DNA of 64,000 bases, taken from NCBI GenBank assembly GCA_963702905.1, contig OY969769.1, positions 17,533-81,532 on the forward strand. The letters are read 5' to 3'. Position 1 is the stretch's first letter, and each line of letters starts with the position of its first letter. Origin of the DNA: an uncultured Solirubrobacterales bacterium (GTDB lineage: Bacteria > Actinomycetota > Thermoleophilia > Solirubrobacterales > Solirubrobacteraceae). Positions 28,272 through 37,751 of the stretch are shown one piece after another. The notes beneath the pieces were generated by a model. That model was not told the origin of the DNA. It searched no databases and saw only the letters and a list, made by a program, of their open reading frames with translations. The position numbers and the translations under genes were made by a program.

Positions 28272-30167
28272 CTAGAAGTCGCCCCGGAGACCAAACATCC
28301 ACCCCTCCAGACCCGTCCGATGCGTCCAGCAATCCCCGCAAACTGAACGATCTGAACGCTCTCGGACCCATCTACACCCCCGTATCCGGTTGAGGGGCCT
28401 TATGGACCACATGGTCCGTGGTGGTTCGAGTCCACTCGAGCGCACCATCATTGCTGGACTAAAACCTCCACGCCAGGAATGGCGGGAGGCAGATACAGCG
28501 CCCACAGGAACCGACTTCGGCTCCTGTGGGCGTTCGTCGTCAGGCGCAATCCCCCGCTGGCGCAAAGCCTCGTCAACAGCTTTGGATAGCTCCTCGCCAG
28601 TTCTGGCGATGACAGCGCGCCGCAACTCCTCGCTAAGGATCGTGTCGAAGGGCTCCGCCAGTTCGCCCGTGATCGTGTCGTCGTCGCCAACCAACAACCG
28701 CCTAAAGAACGCGAGATTGAACTGTCGCCGCATGGTGGGCGTTGCTTCGCGGTAGGCCGCCTCGCAATCCCCAGCCCGCGTCAGGGCACGCTCTAGGTTG
28801 GCCTCGGCTACCTTGAAGTCGGCTTCAATCTCGGCTAGTTGGCCTTCGGCGTTGGCGATTCCGGTCGTGAGACGATCCTGCTCGCTCTTGAGCAGATCGA
28901 GCGGCACGGCGTCGGCGTAGTGCGCCTCCAATAGCTTCTTGCGCTCGGCTTCGAGCTTGCGTAGCCGCCGTTCCTGCGTCTTGCGTTCGCGCTCGGCGTC
29001 AACTCGGAGCTTGGACAGCTCCTCGCCCAGGAAGCTCCGCAAGGCTGCGACCTCCTCTGGGGGAAGCTGCACACTGGCGTAGTACGCCGCCACTCGCTCC
29101 TCCACAATCTCGATACGCATCGCCCGCAACTTGCAGTCGGTTCGTTTCTGTTGGCGGCCGATGCAGATGAAGTAGGGATAGGTGCCGCCCCGACCTTTGG
29201 CGTGGCAGACAATCAAGCGAGCCTCACACTGGCCGCAGTAGATGCTCCCCTTGAGGTAGTGGGGATGCTCGCGTTCCTTCTCACCGGCCAAGTGCTTGGC
29301 AGTCAAGAGCTTCTGAACTTCCTCCCATGTCTCGCGCGAGACAAGCGGCTCATGCTTGCCGGGATAGATGGCTCCCCGGTAGCGCACCAGGCCGACGTAG
29401 TAGGGATGACGCAGCAGCTTGTGCAGGTGCGAAACTGCCAGCGGCTTGCCCGGCCCTCGGGTTCCCGGCGCGGTCGTCAGGCCGCGCGCCGTCAGCTCCG
29501 CCAACACCCGGCGAATCGTCCACTCGCCGGTCGCATACGCCTCGAATGCCCAGGCAATGAGTGGCCCACGCTCGGGATCGACCTCGACGGTACGAACTTC
29601 GCGGCCGTTGACCATGCCGCGCACGTTCAGGTAGCCGGTGGGCGCGCGTCCCGGTGTGCCACCGTTCTTGGCCTTCTGAACCGTGCCCTTGATGACCTCG
29701 TTGGCCAAGTTGCGGCTGTAGAACTCGGCAATCGAACTCATAATGCCGTGCAACAGCAGACCCGAGGGCGTCTGGTCGATGTTCTCAGAGACGGACACCA
29801 ACTCGGCCCCGGCACGGTGGATCGCCAGATTGATCGCCACATCATCGGCGCGGTTGCGTGCCAGCCGGTCAACCTTGTGGACGATGACGTACTTGACGGG
29901 ATGCTCGACCAGGAAGGCAAGCAGGCGTTGCAGCTCGGGACGGTCGGCGGTCTTGGCCGACTCGCCGCGCTCCACGAACTCCTCAATCACTACGGCGCTC
30001 AAACTGGTCGCCTTACGCTTACAGCCCTCCCGCTGCGCCGGAATCGAGTAACCCTCGGCCTCGCCACCCTTTTCGGCTTGCTCCTTACTCGACACCCGCA
30101 GGTACATGACGGCAGCGGTCCCCTCCGAGCTGTCAGTTCTTGCCGTCATAAATAGTAATGGCTCCAT
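28272..30167 (-). CDS. Large serine recombinase (integrase); ORF reads through the att site
   Basis: YLRVSS catalytic Ser, SAKTADRPEL, HKVDRLARN, recombinase domain, Zn ribbon CGQC...C...C, coiled coil. Confidence 0.95.
   Translation of the reverse strand: MEPLLFMTARTDSSEGTAAVMYLRVSSKEQAEKGGEAEGYSIPAQREGCKRKATSLSAVVIEEFVERGESAKTADRPELQRLLAFLVEHPVKYVIVHKVDRLARNRADDVAINLAIHRAGAELVSVSENIDQTPSGLLLHGIMSSIAEFYSRNLANEVIKGTVQKAKNGGTPGRAPTGYLNVRGMVNGREVRTVEVDPERGPLIAWAFEAYATGEWTIRRVLAELTARGLTTAPGTRGPGKPLAVSHLHKLLRHPYYVGLVRYRGAIYPGKHEPLVSRETWEEVQKLLTAKHLAGEKEREHPHYLKGSIYCGQCEARLIVCHAKGRGGTYPYFICIGRQQKRTDCKLRAMRIEIVEERVAAYYASVQLPPEEVAALRSFLGEELSKLRVDAERERKTQERRLRKLEAERKKLLEAHYADAVPLDLLKSEQDRLTTGIANAEGQLAEIEADFKVAEANLERALTRAGDCEAAYREATPTMRRQFNLAFFRRLLVGDDDTITGELAEPFDTILSEELRRAVIARTGEELSKAVDEALRQRGIAPDDERPQEPKSVPVGAVSASRHSWRGGFSPAMMVRSSGLEPPRTMWSIRPLNRIRGCRWVRERSDRSVCGDCWTHRTGLEGWMFGLRGDF
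28388..28447 (+). repeat. Duplicate of the tRNA-Leu 3' half (anticodon loop to ACCA); att site
   Basis: ATGGTCCGTGGTGGTTCGAGTCCACTCGAGCGCA is identical to the tRNA 3' end; upstream part has a few differences; followed by CCA. Confidence 0.93.
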
Positions 30168-30231
30168 GCCGTAGACCTCACACTAATCGTTGTTAAGTCT
30201 ACCACAGACAGTATTAAAATGAACCATAAAC

Positions 30232-31053
30232 TCATGGTGAAACTCCGCTTAGAACATTGAGCGCGGAGTGCGAAGCGGCCACCATAAACAACCCCTCGGG
30301 CAGTGTCTTGTCCCGAGCGATGGCGCGCTGTATGCGTTTGGCCCTGGCCTCATCCGGTGCAATCCAGCAGACACGTGGGAACACCCCACCATGCGTAGCT
30401 TGCTCCTGACCAGACTGGTAATACTCAGCGTAGAAACGGCACTTACGCACCACCACTGGCAGACTCTCACTGTCACGGTCAACCTCTATAAACCACCGTA
30501 GCTCATACTCGCCTACCCCAAGCGCCACAAACGCATCGGGGCGCAGCACCCGCCGCCCGCTCATACTGCTGAACTCCCGCCAACAACGTGGCTCGGCTTG
30601 GCAGTCCAGCAGATCCAACAATGCTCTGCGCGAGGCCATTGTCACGTCTACGACGAGTTGAGCTATAGCCAGCGTGTGATCGACAAAGCGTAGTCCCGGT
30701 TCGTATGAGCGTCGCCGTGGGCCGTCTATCGCCAACACCCGCTGACCCACCGGCCCCAGCGCTAGCACCAAGCCCGCCGAACCAGCTCGCACCCCACCGA
30801 TCCGCCGCTCCAATCGGCTCAACAGTCGTTCGCGGGTCAACCGCTCAAGAACCCGCTGGCGAGCGCGCGTGGCGGCCCGCTCGTTGTCGTGCTCAGCAGT
30901 AGGGAAGTGGATAGCTTGAATCTGCCGTGCGCTCATCAGGCGCAGTTCGGCCATCTGCCGAATAATCGCCAGGTCGCGCTCGGCTAGGCGCTCACGAATC
31001 AACGCCACCCCCCTCGCCGAGATATACGGACGTACTGGTACAGCCTCCCTCAT
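30232..31053 (-). CDS. Replication-relaxation (Replic_Relax-like) protein
   Basis: N-terminal wHTH (RDLAII...RLMSARQI), DHTLAIAQL, RPDA...FIEVDR PD-(D/E)xK-like motifs. Confidence 0.82.
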   Translation of the reverse strand: MREAVPVRPYISARGVALIRERLAERDLAIIRQMAELRLMSARQIQAIHFPTAEHDNERAATRARQRVLERLTRERLLSRLERRIGGVRAGSAGLVLALGPVGQRVLAIDGPRRRSYEPGLRFVDHTLAIAQLVVDVTMASRRALLDLLDCQAEPRCWREFSSMSGRRVLRPDAFVALGVGEYELRWFIEVDRDSESLPVVVRKCRFYAEYYQSGQEQATHGGVFPRVCWIAPDEARAKRIQRAIARDKTLPEGLFMVAASHSALNVLSGVSP

Positions 31054-31354
31054 TCGCCGCCGCCATCCTTTTCTTTCGTAACCAAAGAAGCAGTGACGAA
31101 AGAAGTTGGGTTGGGTTGCACCCACCACTCGACGCGATGAGCACCCCCACCCCCCAAGTGCTGCTTCACCTCTGTTGATGCCCGCGCGCCACCGTCAGCT
31201 ACAACAATCCGCCGCTGCCCACCGCGCCGAAGCGAAAAGGGATGACACAAGTAGTGAAAGACTTTCGTTGCCAAAGTTCGGGCAGCAATAGCTTCCATAC
31301 ACGGGTTTTGGGGTTTGGGTGTCCACCCGATACGACAAGCGACACGACAGGCCC

Positions 31355-33520
31355 TCATCCTTCACCCCCGGTGTCTCGGCGTCGTGGTGCGAGGTCATCG
31401 CCGTCCATCTGGCGGTGGCCAAAGATCAACTCGTGCAGATCGGCCTCAATCTCGGCACGATCGACGCCGTAAGCCGCGCGCGAGGCCGCCCTGACCACCG
31501 CCGGATCACTGATTGGCTTGCCGGGCAGCACCGTCGCGGCGCTGCACCACGGCTGCACGGCGGCTTTGGCAACAAGCTGCACGTAGCATTGAAAAGCGCC
31601 GAGGCTCTGAAAGTCCTCTGTCGAGAGGCTGCTATCGGCGGCAAGCAGGCGGGCGTCCTCACTCGGCAACCGAAAAGCCACTCGCGACTGAGCGTTAGCC
31701 AAGACCGCCGAGCGCATCGCTGGCCCGAGCTGATGCAGGTACTGGTGGGCCGCGACGAAGCCGACGCCCAAACCCCGCGCCTGCGCCAACGCATCAGCCA
31801 AGTCGAGCGGCAAATGCAGATAGTCCTGAAACTCATCAACGTAGATAAAGACCGGATGACGCCGCTCAGGTGCGATATCCGTCCGGCCGAGGATGGCCTG
31901 CCAAAGCTGCGAGACAATCAGGCTGCCGAGCAAGGCCGAAGTCTCCGGGCCGAGCAGTCCTTTGTTGAGATTGACCAGCAATACCTTCCGCTCAGTGAAC
32001 ACCCGGCGCAGATCAAAGCTCTGGCGGGTTTGGCCGACAATCGTTCGCAGTTCAGGACGTAGCAGCAACGGGCGCAACTTGTTCATAACCGGCGCAATCG
32101 CTGCCGCCCGCTCCGCCTCACTCCATGCCTCATAAGCCCGCCAAAACGGGGCAAGACCAATCGGGTCAGTGGCGTACGGGATGACCCGCCGCCGAAAGGC
32201 CGCATCAGTGAGCAACAGCGGCAAGGCTGCCAATGTCATGCCCGGCAGGCGAGCCAGAGTCAGCAGCGAGGCACCGAGAATGTCATGTGTTCGCGGCCCC
32301 CAATGCGGGGCATACAACGAGTGCAACAAGCCAAGGAGCTGATCGGCAGCCAGCTCCGGCGACCGACCACCGAGCGCCAACGGGTTGAGGCCCACCGGCC
32401 GCGCGGTATCGGTTGGGTCAAGCAACACCACGTCGTCAACCCGGTCGGCCGGGATGCGTTCCAGTACATTGGCAATCAGATCACCCTTCGGCTCGATGAC
32501 TACCACTGCTCGCCCGGCCACCATATCCTGCGCTATGAGGTTCAGCAGCAGCGTTGACTTACCGGAGCCGGTTGGCCCGAGCAAGTGCAAATGACGTAGT
32601 GCATCGGTCGGCGTTAGCGCCAACGAACGCTCCCGGCCCGGAAAGCTAGCTCGCCCCACCACCCGGCCAACTCTTGGAATAGCGGGCGCGGGAGCCACCA
32701 AGCGGCTACCGATCTTGTGTACCGGCAACTCGCCAGTGGCGCCAACGGGCCAGGCCGACATCGTGGCCAACTCACTGGCATTGAGTCGCAGCGGCAGATG
32801 CCACCAGGGAACACTCGCCCGAGCCACCCGGCTCGCGCTCGTCGGACGAACCCGAAAACTGACGCCAGGTGCTTCAGCGCTCCGCAAGGCGTCCACTACC
32901 TGTCGGATCAACCGCCGTTCGCGGCTAACCGATTTCGCTTTCACCCCCACCCGCCCTGCGGCCTGCCAACCCGGTTCACTTCGCTTGGCACGCAAGGCGT
33001 TACGCACCTCCACGTCGGCCGGAGACGGAGTGCCAAACGGTGCGAGCAGCAGCGCCCCAAGCCATGGCTCCTGTGTCACACCGTCCAGTCGATTCGGCAC
33101 CGCCACCGCCGCAAGAGACCGACCCAGCACCCATTGAATACTCAGCCGCTCACCTCGGCGCAGGTTCGCCAGCGCCGTCAGCGTCGCTCGACTGACACTG
33201 CTCAGGTCGTCAGTGCGCAATGGTCGATGCCCGGTCGAGAGCCGCAGTGTCACGGCCCGCGAAACGGACAATGCTGGTCGTGTGCTTGCGCCTGCAACGC
33301 CAAGACCGGGCAGACTGGCCCGCAATTGCTCAACGATGTTTTCGGCTCGGCTGACTGGCAGTGCCAGGCGATGCTCAACCACGCCGAATGAACCCACCGC
33401 CTCAATGACCACCGGGCCACCGGCTGCCGTCGCCAGCAGCCGAAAGACCTGTAGTAGTTGCTCAGGAGCTACCTCACGCGGCCACCGCAAGCGGTACCAG
33501 TTAAGTGGTACTGACCTCAA
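31355..33520 (-). CDS. VirD4/TraG-like type IV coupling ATPase
   Basis: Walker A GPTGSGKS, IEPKGDL, Walker B YVDEFQ, QARGLG..AHQYLHQL, NAQSRVAF. Confidence 0.88.
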   Translation of the reverse strand: MRSVPLNWYRLRWPREVAPEQLLQVFRLLATAAGGPVVIEAVGSFGVVEHRLALPVSRAENIVEQLRASLPGLGVAGASTRPALSVSRAVTLRLSTGHRPLRTDDLSSVSRATLTALANLRRGERLSIQWVLGRSLAAVAVPNRLDGVTQEPWLGALLLAPFGTPSPADVEVRNALRAKRSEPGWQAAGRVGVKAKSVSRERRLIRQVVDALRSAEAPGVSFRVRPTSASRVARASVPWWHLPLRLNASELATMSAWPVGATGELPVHKIGSRLVAPAPAIPRVGRVVGRASFPGRERSLALTPTDALRHLHLLGPTGSGKSTLLLNLIAQDMVAGRAVVVIEPKGDLIANVLERIPADRVDDVVLLDPTDTARPVGLNPLALGGRSPELAADQLLGLLHSLYAPHWGPRTHDILGASLLTLARLPGMTLAALPLLLTDAAFRRRVIPYATDPIGLAPFWRAYEAWSEAERAAAIAPVMNKLRPLLLRPELRTIVGQTRQSFDLRRVFTERKVLLVNLNKGLLGPETSALLGSLIVSQLWQAILGRTDIAPERRHPVFIYVDEFQDYLHLPLDLADALAQARGLGVGFVAAHQYLHQLGPAMRSAVLANAQSRVAFRLPSEDARLLAADSSLSTEDFQSLGAFQCYVQLVAKAAVQPWCSAATVLPGKPISDPAVVRAASRAAYGVDRAEIEADLHELIFGHRQMDGDDLAPRRRDTGGEG

Positions 33521-33720
33521 GTGCCAGCCTCGCCTTTGTCAGTCGATGCGCTCCGGCGTTTGGCCTTAGTCCGTTTGTCGTGTTCAGCTTCAGCCTCCGC
33601 CTCCGCCTTGGCTGCCTCCAAGTCGATCAAGACTCGGGCCAAGCGTGGCAAGTCAGTTGGCCGGCGAATGCCGCGAACCCGGATACGCCGCTCTTTACCG
33701 TGATGATACGTTCTACTCAT
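33517..33720 (-). CDS. Small element-borne protein (MSRTYHHGKERRIRVRG...)
   Basis: Strong GAAAGGAGGT RBS; stop overlaps the coupling-protein start. Confidence 0.7.
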   Translation of the reverse strand: MSRTYHHGKERRIRVRGIRRPTDLPRLARVLIDLEAAKAEAEAEAEHDKRTKAKRRSASTDKGEAGT

Positions 33721-33969
33721 ATATATGACCTCCTTTCGCTCCACACCGGGCAGAAAAAAAGACACAAAGAGCACCGCACCCTGCAAAGGGCGAATTACTG
33801 CGACTGCTGTGTTCGTCTCTCAACCGAGCCGTGTATCACTTATGGCGATAACGGGAACCCTCTAGTTAACGACATTGCCGGGCCGCCAGTCAATACATCT
33901 TGTGCATTTCACTACAGCGAAACGGCTATTGTTATCTCAAGCAAATTGCAACCAAAATATTAAATGGCC

Positions 33970-34140
33970 TCACCACTTCCGAGTGTGGAAAAGCACCAAG
34001 CGCACCACTACAAACAGCACCGTCAACACCACGAGATAGGGCAACAGCCGAGGCAGCTCAGCACTCAGCACATCGACACTGACGGCACAGACCACCAAGC
34101 CGACAATCACCCGCTCGATGAGCTTGTGGTGCTCGGGCAT
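33970..34140 (-). CDS. 56-aa membrane protein (MPEHHKLIERVIVGLVVCAV...FHTRKW)
   Basis: Manual translation; TGATG coupling to the upstream ORF; two hydrophobic stretches. Confidence 0.6.
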   Translation of the reverse strand: MPEHHKLIERVIVGLVVCAVSVDVLSAELPRLLPYLVVLTVLFVVVRLVLFHTRKW

Positions 34141-34385
34141 CAGGGCTCACCACCCGGATCGACCGTCAAGTGCCGCCTCGCCTCTGCGTAGAGTTGCTGC
34201 CCTAGGTCTTGGGCGACCGTCTGTATCCGCATAGCGGCGTGCAGTCCTTCGCGGTAGGGCGCGGCACGATCGACTTCGGATGGCAACGCTGACGCTCGGG
34301 TCGCCAACGTTGCCAGTGCGAGCACGGCCAGGATGATGAGCGCCGCTACACCAACCAGGGCTAGCCCTGTCTCCAAGAGGCCCAT
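34140..34385 (-). CDS. 81-aa protein with N-terminal TM helix
   Basis: Coupled (TGATG) to neighbours on both sides. Confidence 0.6.
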   Translation of the reverse strand: MGLLETGLALVGVAALIILAVLALATLATRASALPSEVDRAAPYREGLHAAMRIQTVAQDLGQQLYAEARRHLTVDPGGEP

Positions 34386-34684
34386 CAGTCTTGATCCCGA
34401 TTGAAGCCAAGGGCTTCGATTTCATGCGTGGCGAAGCTGCCGAATGCTCTGAGGATGCTCCGGTAGGTGTCCTCCCCAAGAGGGGAGATCCGGAAAGCAC
34501 CATCGGCTGCTTGCGAGAGCATCGTGGCGTGGTGCATGGCGGTTGAAGCAGCAAAGGCCCCAGAGTGGATGCGAGCGGAAGCCACCATGCCCGCTCGCTC
34601 GGCTTGAGCAACTTGGGTGTTCAGAAGCGGGTCTGCCGGAGCGACGACCTGGGCTGCGGGGCGACGGATGAGGTTGTTAGCCAT
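34385..34684 (-). CDS. 99-aa hypothetical protein, first gene of the transfer-side operon
   Basis: GAAAGGA RBS; divergent from the HTH-TPR gene. Confidence 0.65.
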   Translation of the reverse strand: MANNLIRRPAAQVVAPADPLLNTQVAQAERAGMVASARIHSGAFAASTAMHHATMLSQAADGAFRISPLGEDTYRSILRAFGSFATHEIEALGFNRDQD

Positions 34685-34853
34685 GAGTCTGTCCTTTCGG
34701 GAGTGTGGAGGAGCCCGGTAAAGTCTTTCGACTTATGGACTCCCGATTGATTGCCATATACATAACTAGCGCCTGCGAACTGGGTGCGCGTCACGCTTTC
34801 TCAAGTTGTGACATTGGCCCTGTCACGCCGGGACAGAAGGGATACGGTCACCA

Positions 34854-35951
34854 ATGGATGACATCTCACTGAGTCCATATGCCCAGTTGGTGCGTAGGCT
34901 TCAAGCTGACCAGACAGACGTTGCATTTGCCGCCGAGATTAACGTGACGCGACCTCTTGTTACGGATGTTAAAAAAGACAAGCGCATCAAGAGCAAAGCT
35001 GTGCTTAACGGTCTGTTACGGGAGTTCGATGAATACGCAGACGAAATCCAAGATGCCTACAACCGTTCTGTGCCGCCGCCCAAGCCTCGCCTGCCGCGTC
35101 AGGGCAACACGCTCACGCAGCGGCAAATGCGACGGCTCATAACTGACGGGCGCTTGTCGGAGGCAAAGCAAACAGTCGTACTGGCGCTGGAAAGTGCGAT
35201 GGATGACAGCGAGCGCCGGTGGTTGTATGAACAGCTTGCTCTGGCTTGCTTCGGGCTGAACCAAGACGATGAGGGACTTGTAGCGCTGGCCGGAGCAATT
35301 GAGGCCGGGATGCGCATTTACCCTGGTGATCGGAAGCTCATTGAGCTGCGCAACGACTTGGCCGGTCGTCATCAACGACGTGACGAATTCGAGGCCGCCC
35401 ACATAGTTCTCGATGATGGCTTGCAACATAACCCAACCGCTTCGCTGCTGTGGCGACGCAAGGGAGTGGTGCATTACTACGAACACGCCTATAGCGATGC
35501 CTATGCTGCACTCATGGTGGCACTAAAACACAAACAGCAGCCTGGGCGCATAATCCATGTACGGGGCGCGGTACTCGCGGAATGGGGAAACTACGACGCT
35601 GCCATCAAAGACCTGGACAATGTACTTGCCCTAGGCAACCGATATAGCCTCGACCCGGTGACGCTAGCCCACGCTCGCAGTAACCGTGCCTACGCCCTCG
35701 CCAAGCGTGGACGCGGCAAGCAAGCAATGAAAGAGTTTGCGACGGCCGAGCGTGCCACTCCAGGCAATGCTTGGCTGCACTATCTGCGCTCCCTGTGTTA
35801 CCTAGATAGCGACGAGACTGAGTCAGCCGTAGCAGGCTTGACGCAGGCTCTGACTGTCTACGACCGGCCGCTCAACCTTCCCAAGCGACAGAACGCCGAA
35901 CGTTTGCTTGGGGAGCTTGGCGCCCCAATGCCAGAGAAGTCAAATGAGTAA
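34854..35951 (+). CDS. XRE-like HTH plus TPR-repeat protein
   Basis: FAAEINVTRPLVTDVKKDKR HTH-like N-terminus; repeats such as LWRRKGVVHYY..YSDA, RGAVLAEWGNYDAAIKDL, RAYALAKRG. Confidence 0.75.
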   Translation: MDDISLSPYAQLVRRLQADQTDVAFAAEINVTRPLVTDVKKDKRIKSKAVLNGLLREFDEYADEIQDAYNRSVPPPKPRLPRQGNTLTQRQMRRLITDGRLSEAKQTVVLALESAMDDSERRWLYEQLALACFGLNQDDEGLVALAGAIEAGMRIYPGDRKLIELRNDLAGRHQRRDEFEAAHIVLDDGLQHNPTASLLWRRKGVVHYYEHAYSDAYAALMVALKHKQQPGRIIHVRGAVLAEWGNYDAAIKDLDNVLALGNRYSLDPVTLAHARSNRAYALAKRGRGKQAMKEFATAERATPGNAWLHYLRSLCYLDSDETESAVAGLTQALTVYDRPLNLPKRQNAERLLGELGAPMPEKSNE

Positions 35952-36003
35952 CTATTTACAAAAAAGGGCGAGAATGAGATAATAGGGAGAATTAATGGAG
36001 TAA

Positions 36004-36588
36004 ATGATGGCGCAAGCAGGCAAAGTGTACGGCCCAAAGGCACCCGAGGTGTGGCCTGGCGAAGGGCCACAGTACGTGAGTGATCTGGCTTATGACCTAT
36101 TGAGCGGCCTATCTGAGCAACCGCCAGTAGGCACGAGTCAACAGCGGCGGTGGATCAGTAGCGACTATTCCACCTTCAACGAGTTGCAGTTTTTTGAGCG
36201 AGCAGCGCCTTATGCGCAAGCCGATCTTGATGGGGACTTCCGAGCGGCCCTCAATGTACAGTTGCACACTCTGCGTTCAGCCCTGCCATACAGTGAAGCT
36301 GAACGAGTTTGGCTCTATCGGGGTCTGCTGGACTCCGAGGGCTACCCTAGTCATGACCGCCTGCATATCGTTCGCCGCCAAGAGGCAGCCATTGTGTCAT
36401 CAGGTGTACGGCAGGTGATTTATGGTCGTGAACTCTTACGCCGCTGGTGGTCGTGGCGTAGGGAAGCGGATGAGTTCAGCGGTCAAGGAACACTCGATAT
36501 GGCCCGTCATGCGTTAGAGGAGTTGGTAGAGGCCCACGGAAAACTTGGCCTCCCGGAGGAATATAAGAAGCTGCGCGGCATTGACTGA
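36004..36588 (+). CDS. Hypothetical protein
   Basis: 194-aa ORF with GGAG RBS; no motif recognised. Confidence 0.6.
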   Translation: MMAQAGKVYGPKAPEVWPGEGPQYVSDLAYDLLSGLSEQPPVGTSQQRRWISSDYSTFNELQFFERAAPYAQADLDGDFRAALNVQLHTLRSALPYSEAERVWLYRGLLDSEGYPSHDRLHIVRRQEAAIVSSGVRQVIYGRELLRRWWSWRREADEFSGQGTLDMARHALEELVEAHGKLGLPEEYKKLRGID

Positions 36589-36597
36589 TTGTTTCCG

Positions 36598-37341
36598 TCA
36601 CCTCGTCACTTCCAGTGTCCCACCGCCCGTGCTGGCTAGTGCGCCGTTGACAGATACAGCCGGATAGCCGAAGTACCATTCCTGGTTGGCTAGTTCTTTA
36701 GCTGTAGGTTCTGGATTGTTCGGGGTAATGGCGTCAGGTAGCACGATCCAGGTGGAGACACGCCTGGTTACGCCCGGTGGCACGCTGCCGAGATCCACCA
36801 CACCACCGCCTTCGCCTTCGGCCAAGTCGCGGTAACAGCCCGTGCTACCTGGACTGTTCAGCACAAAGTCCAGAATGAAATGGGCCTGTTCAGACTGCTC
36901 ATCGACGGCGACCGGAAAGAAGCTCAACCGCACTTCGCCGGACAAGCTTGACGTAAGCGTCAGCGAGATATCCAGTCGTCGCACCAGTTCCCGGCCGTCA
37001 CCGGCATCTGGACAGCTTCGGAGCATCGTCTGATCGACATCGGATTCACTTGGCGGCAGGATCGGCCCAAAGTGCCCCTCGATACGCACCGAGTCACCCT
37101 GTTCAGTGTGGCCCGTTCGGACGAAGGCCGGTTTACTGTGGGGATTGGGTGCGGCGCGGCTGACAGTAGCCGTCGTTGCCGATTGCGTGTGGCTGGCGGC
37201 CTGTGTCGGAGCGGACGACGTAGCCCCGCAGCCACCAACGAGCACAAGGCCCCCGCCTGCTAGCACCATTGCGCCCGCCCGATAGGCAGCGCCCACGATT
37301 CGGTGCCTGGTCGTGCGGGGGTGATTTGTCACGAGACTCAT
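36598..37341 (-). CDS. Putative lipoprotein
   Basis: Hydrophobic stretch ending LVGG-C; Ser/Thr linker; upstream TTGACG-N17-TAGCCT on the minus strand. Confidence 0.6.
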   Translation of the reverse strand: MSLVTNHPRTTRHRIVGAAYRAGAMVLAGGGLVLVGGCGATSSAPTQAASHTQSATTATVSRAAPNPHSKPAFVRTGHTEQGDSVRIEGHFGPILPPSESDVDQTMLRSCPDAGDGRELVRRLDISLTLTSSLSGEVRLSFFPVAVDEQSEQAHFILDFVLNSPGSTGCYRDLAEGEGGGVVDLGSVPPGVTRRVSTWIVLPDAITPNNPEPTAKELANQEWYFGYPAVSVNGALASTGGGTLEVTR

Positions 37342-37449
37342 CCATCCCTCCTAGTGGTGTTCCATGACGGGTCACGGCTGCTCGCGGACAAGCCAGTCGC
37401 CGGGCAGCGCTGGCACCGCCGCCGTTGCCTTGCGGCCTTTTGTACGCGA

Positions 37450-37482
37450 AGGCTACTTATAAGTCTGTAGACCGTCAAGTAG
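37450..37482. promoter_or_regulatory. Divergent promoter with palindromic operator-like sequence
   Basis: Minus-strand TTGACG(37478-73)-N17-TAGCCT(37455-50); palindrome ACTTATAAGT inside the spacer. Confidence 0.55.
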
Positions 37483-37504
37483 CACTCGGGCAGCGTTGCC
37501 CGGC

Positions 37505-37723
37505 ATGGAAGGCGATCTACAGCGCACCGTCGGTGACAACCTGCGGGTCTACCGGCAGACCAAGGGCCTGAGCCAAGAGGCATTCGCTGACGTGCTCGGC
37601 GTGCATCGCACCTACATGGGTGGCGTAGAGCGAGGCGAGCGCAACCTGACGCTCAAGAGTGTGGAGCGCATCGCCGAGCGACTTGGGGTTGAGCCGCTGA
37701 CACTGCTCGAATCAAGGAATTGA
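37505..37723 (+). CDS. XRE-family regulator (controller/C-protein-like)
   Basis: GLSQEAFADVLGVHRTYMGGVERGERNLTL. Confidence 0.88.
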   Translation: MEGDLQRTVGDNLRVYRQTKGLSQEAFADVLGVHRTYMGGVERGERNLTLKSVERIAERLGVEPLTLLESRN

Positions 37724-37751
37724 GCGGCCCGAGGGCGAATCCCAATAGGCC

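Larger units (their letters stand above)
26594..28387. mobile_element. Small integrase-less island remnant between the intact tRNA and its 3'-half duplicate
   Basis: Bounded by tRNA-Leu and the repeat at 28388; contains a TA pair and an HTH remnant; less GC-biased sequence. Confidence 0.65.

Noticed and set aside
29151-30155. Long opposite-strand ORFs over real genes (also 56815-57864, 59013-60206, 6894-8234 and many others)
   Set aside because: Typical GC-rich shadow frames without motifs or RBS
35952-36003. Signal-peptide gene for the HTH-TPR regulator
   Set aside because: Only a 2-codon ATGAGATAA frame is present
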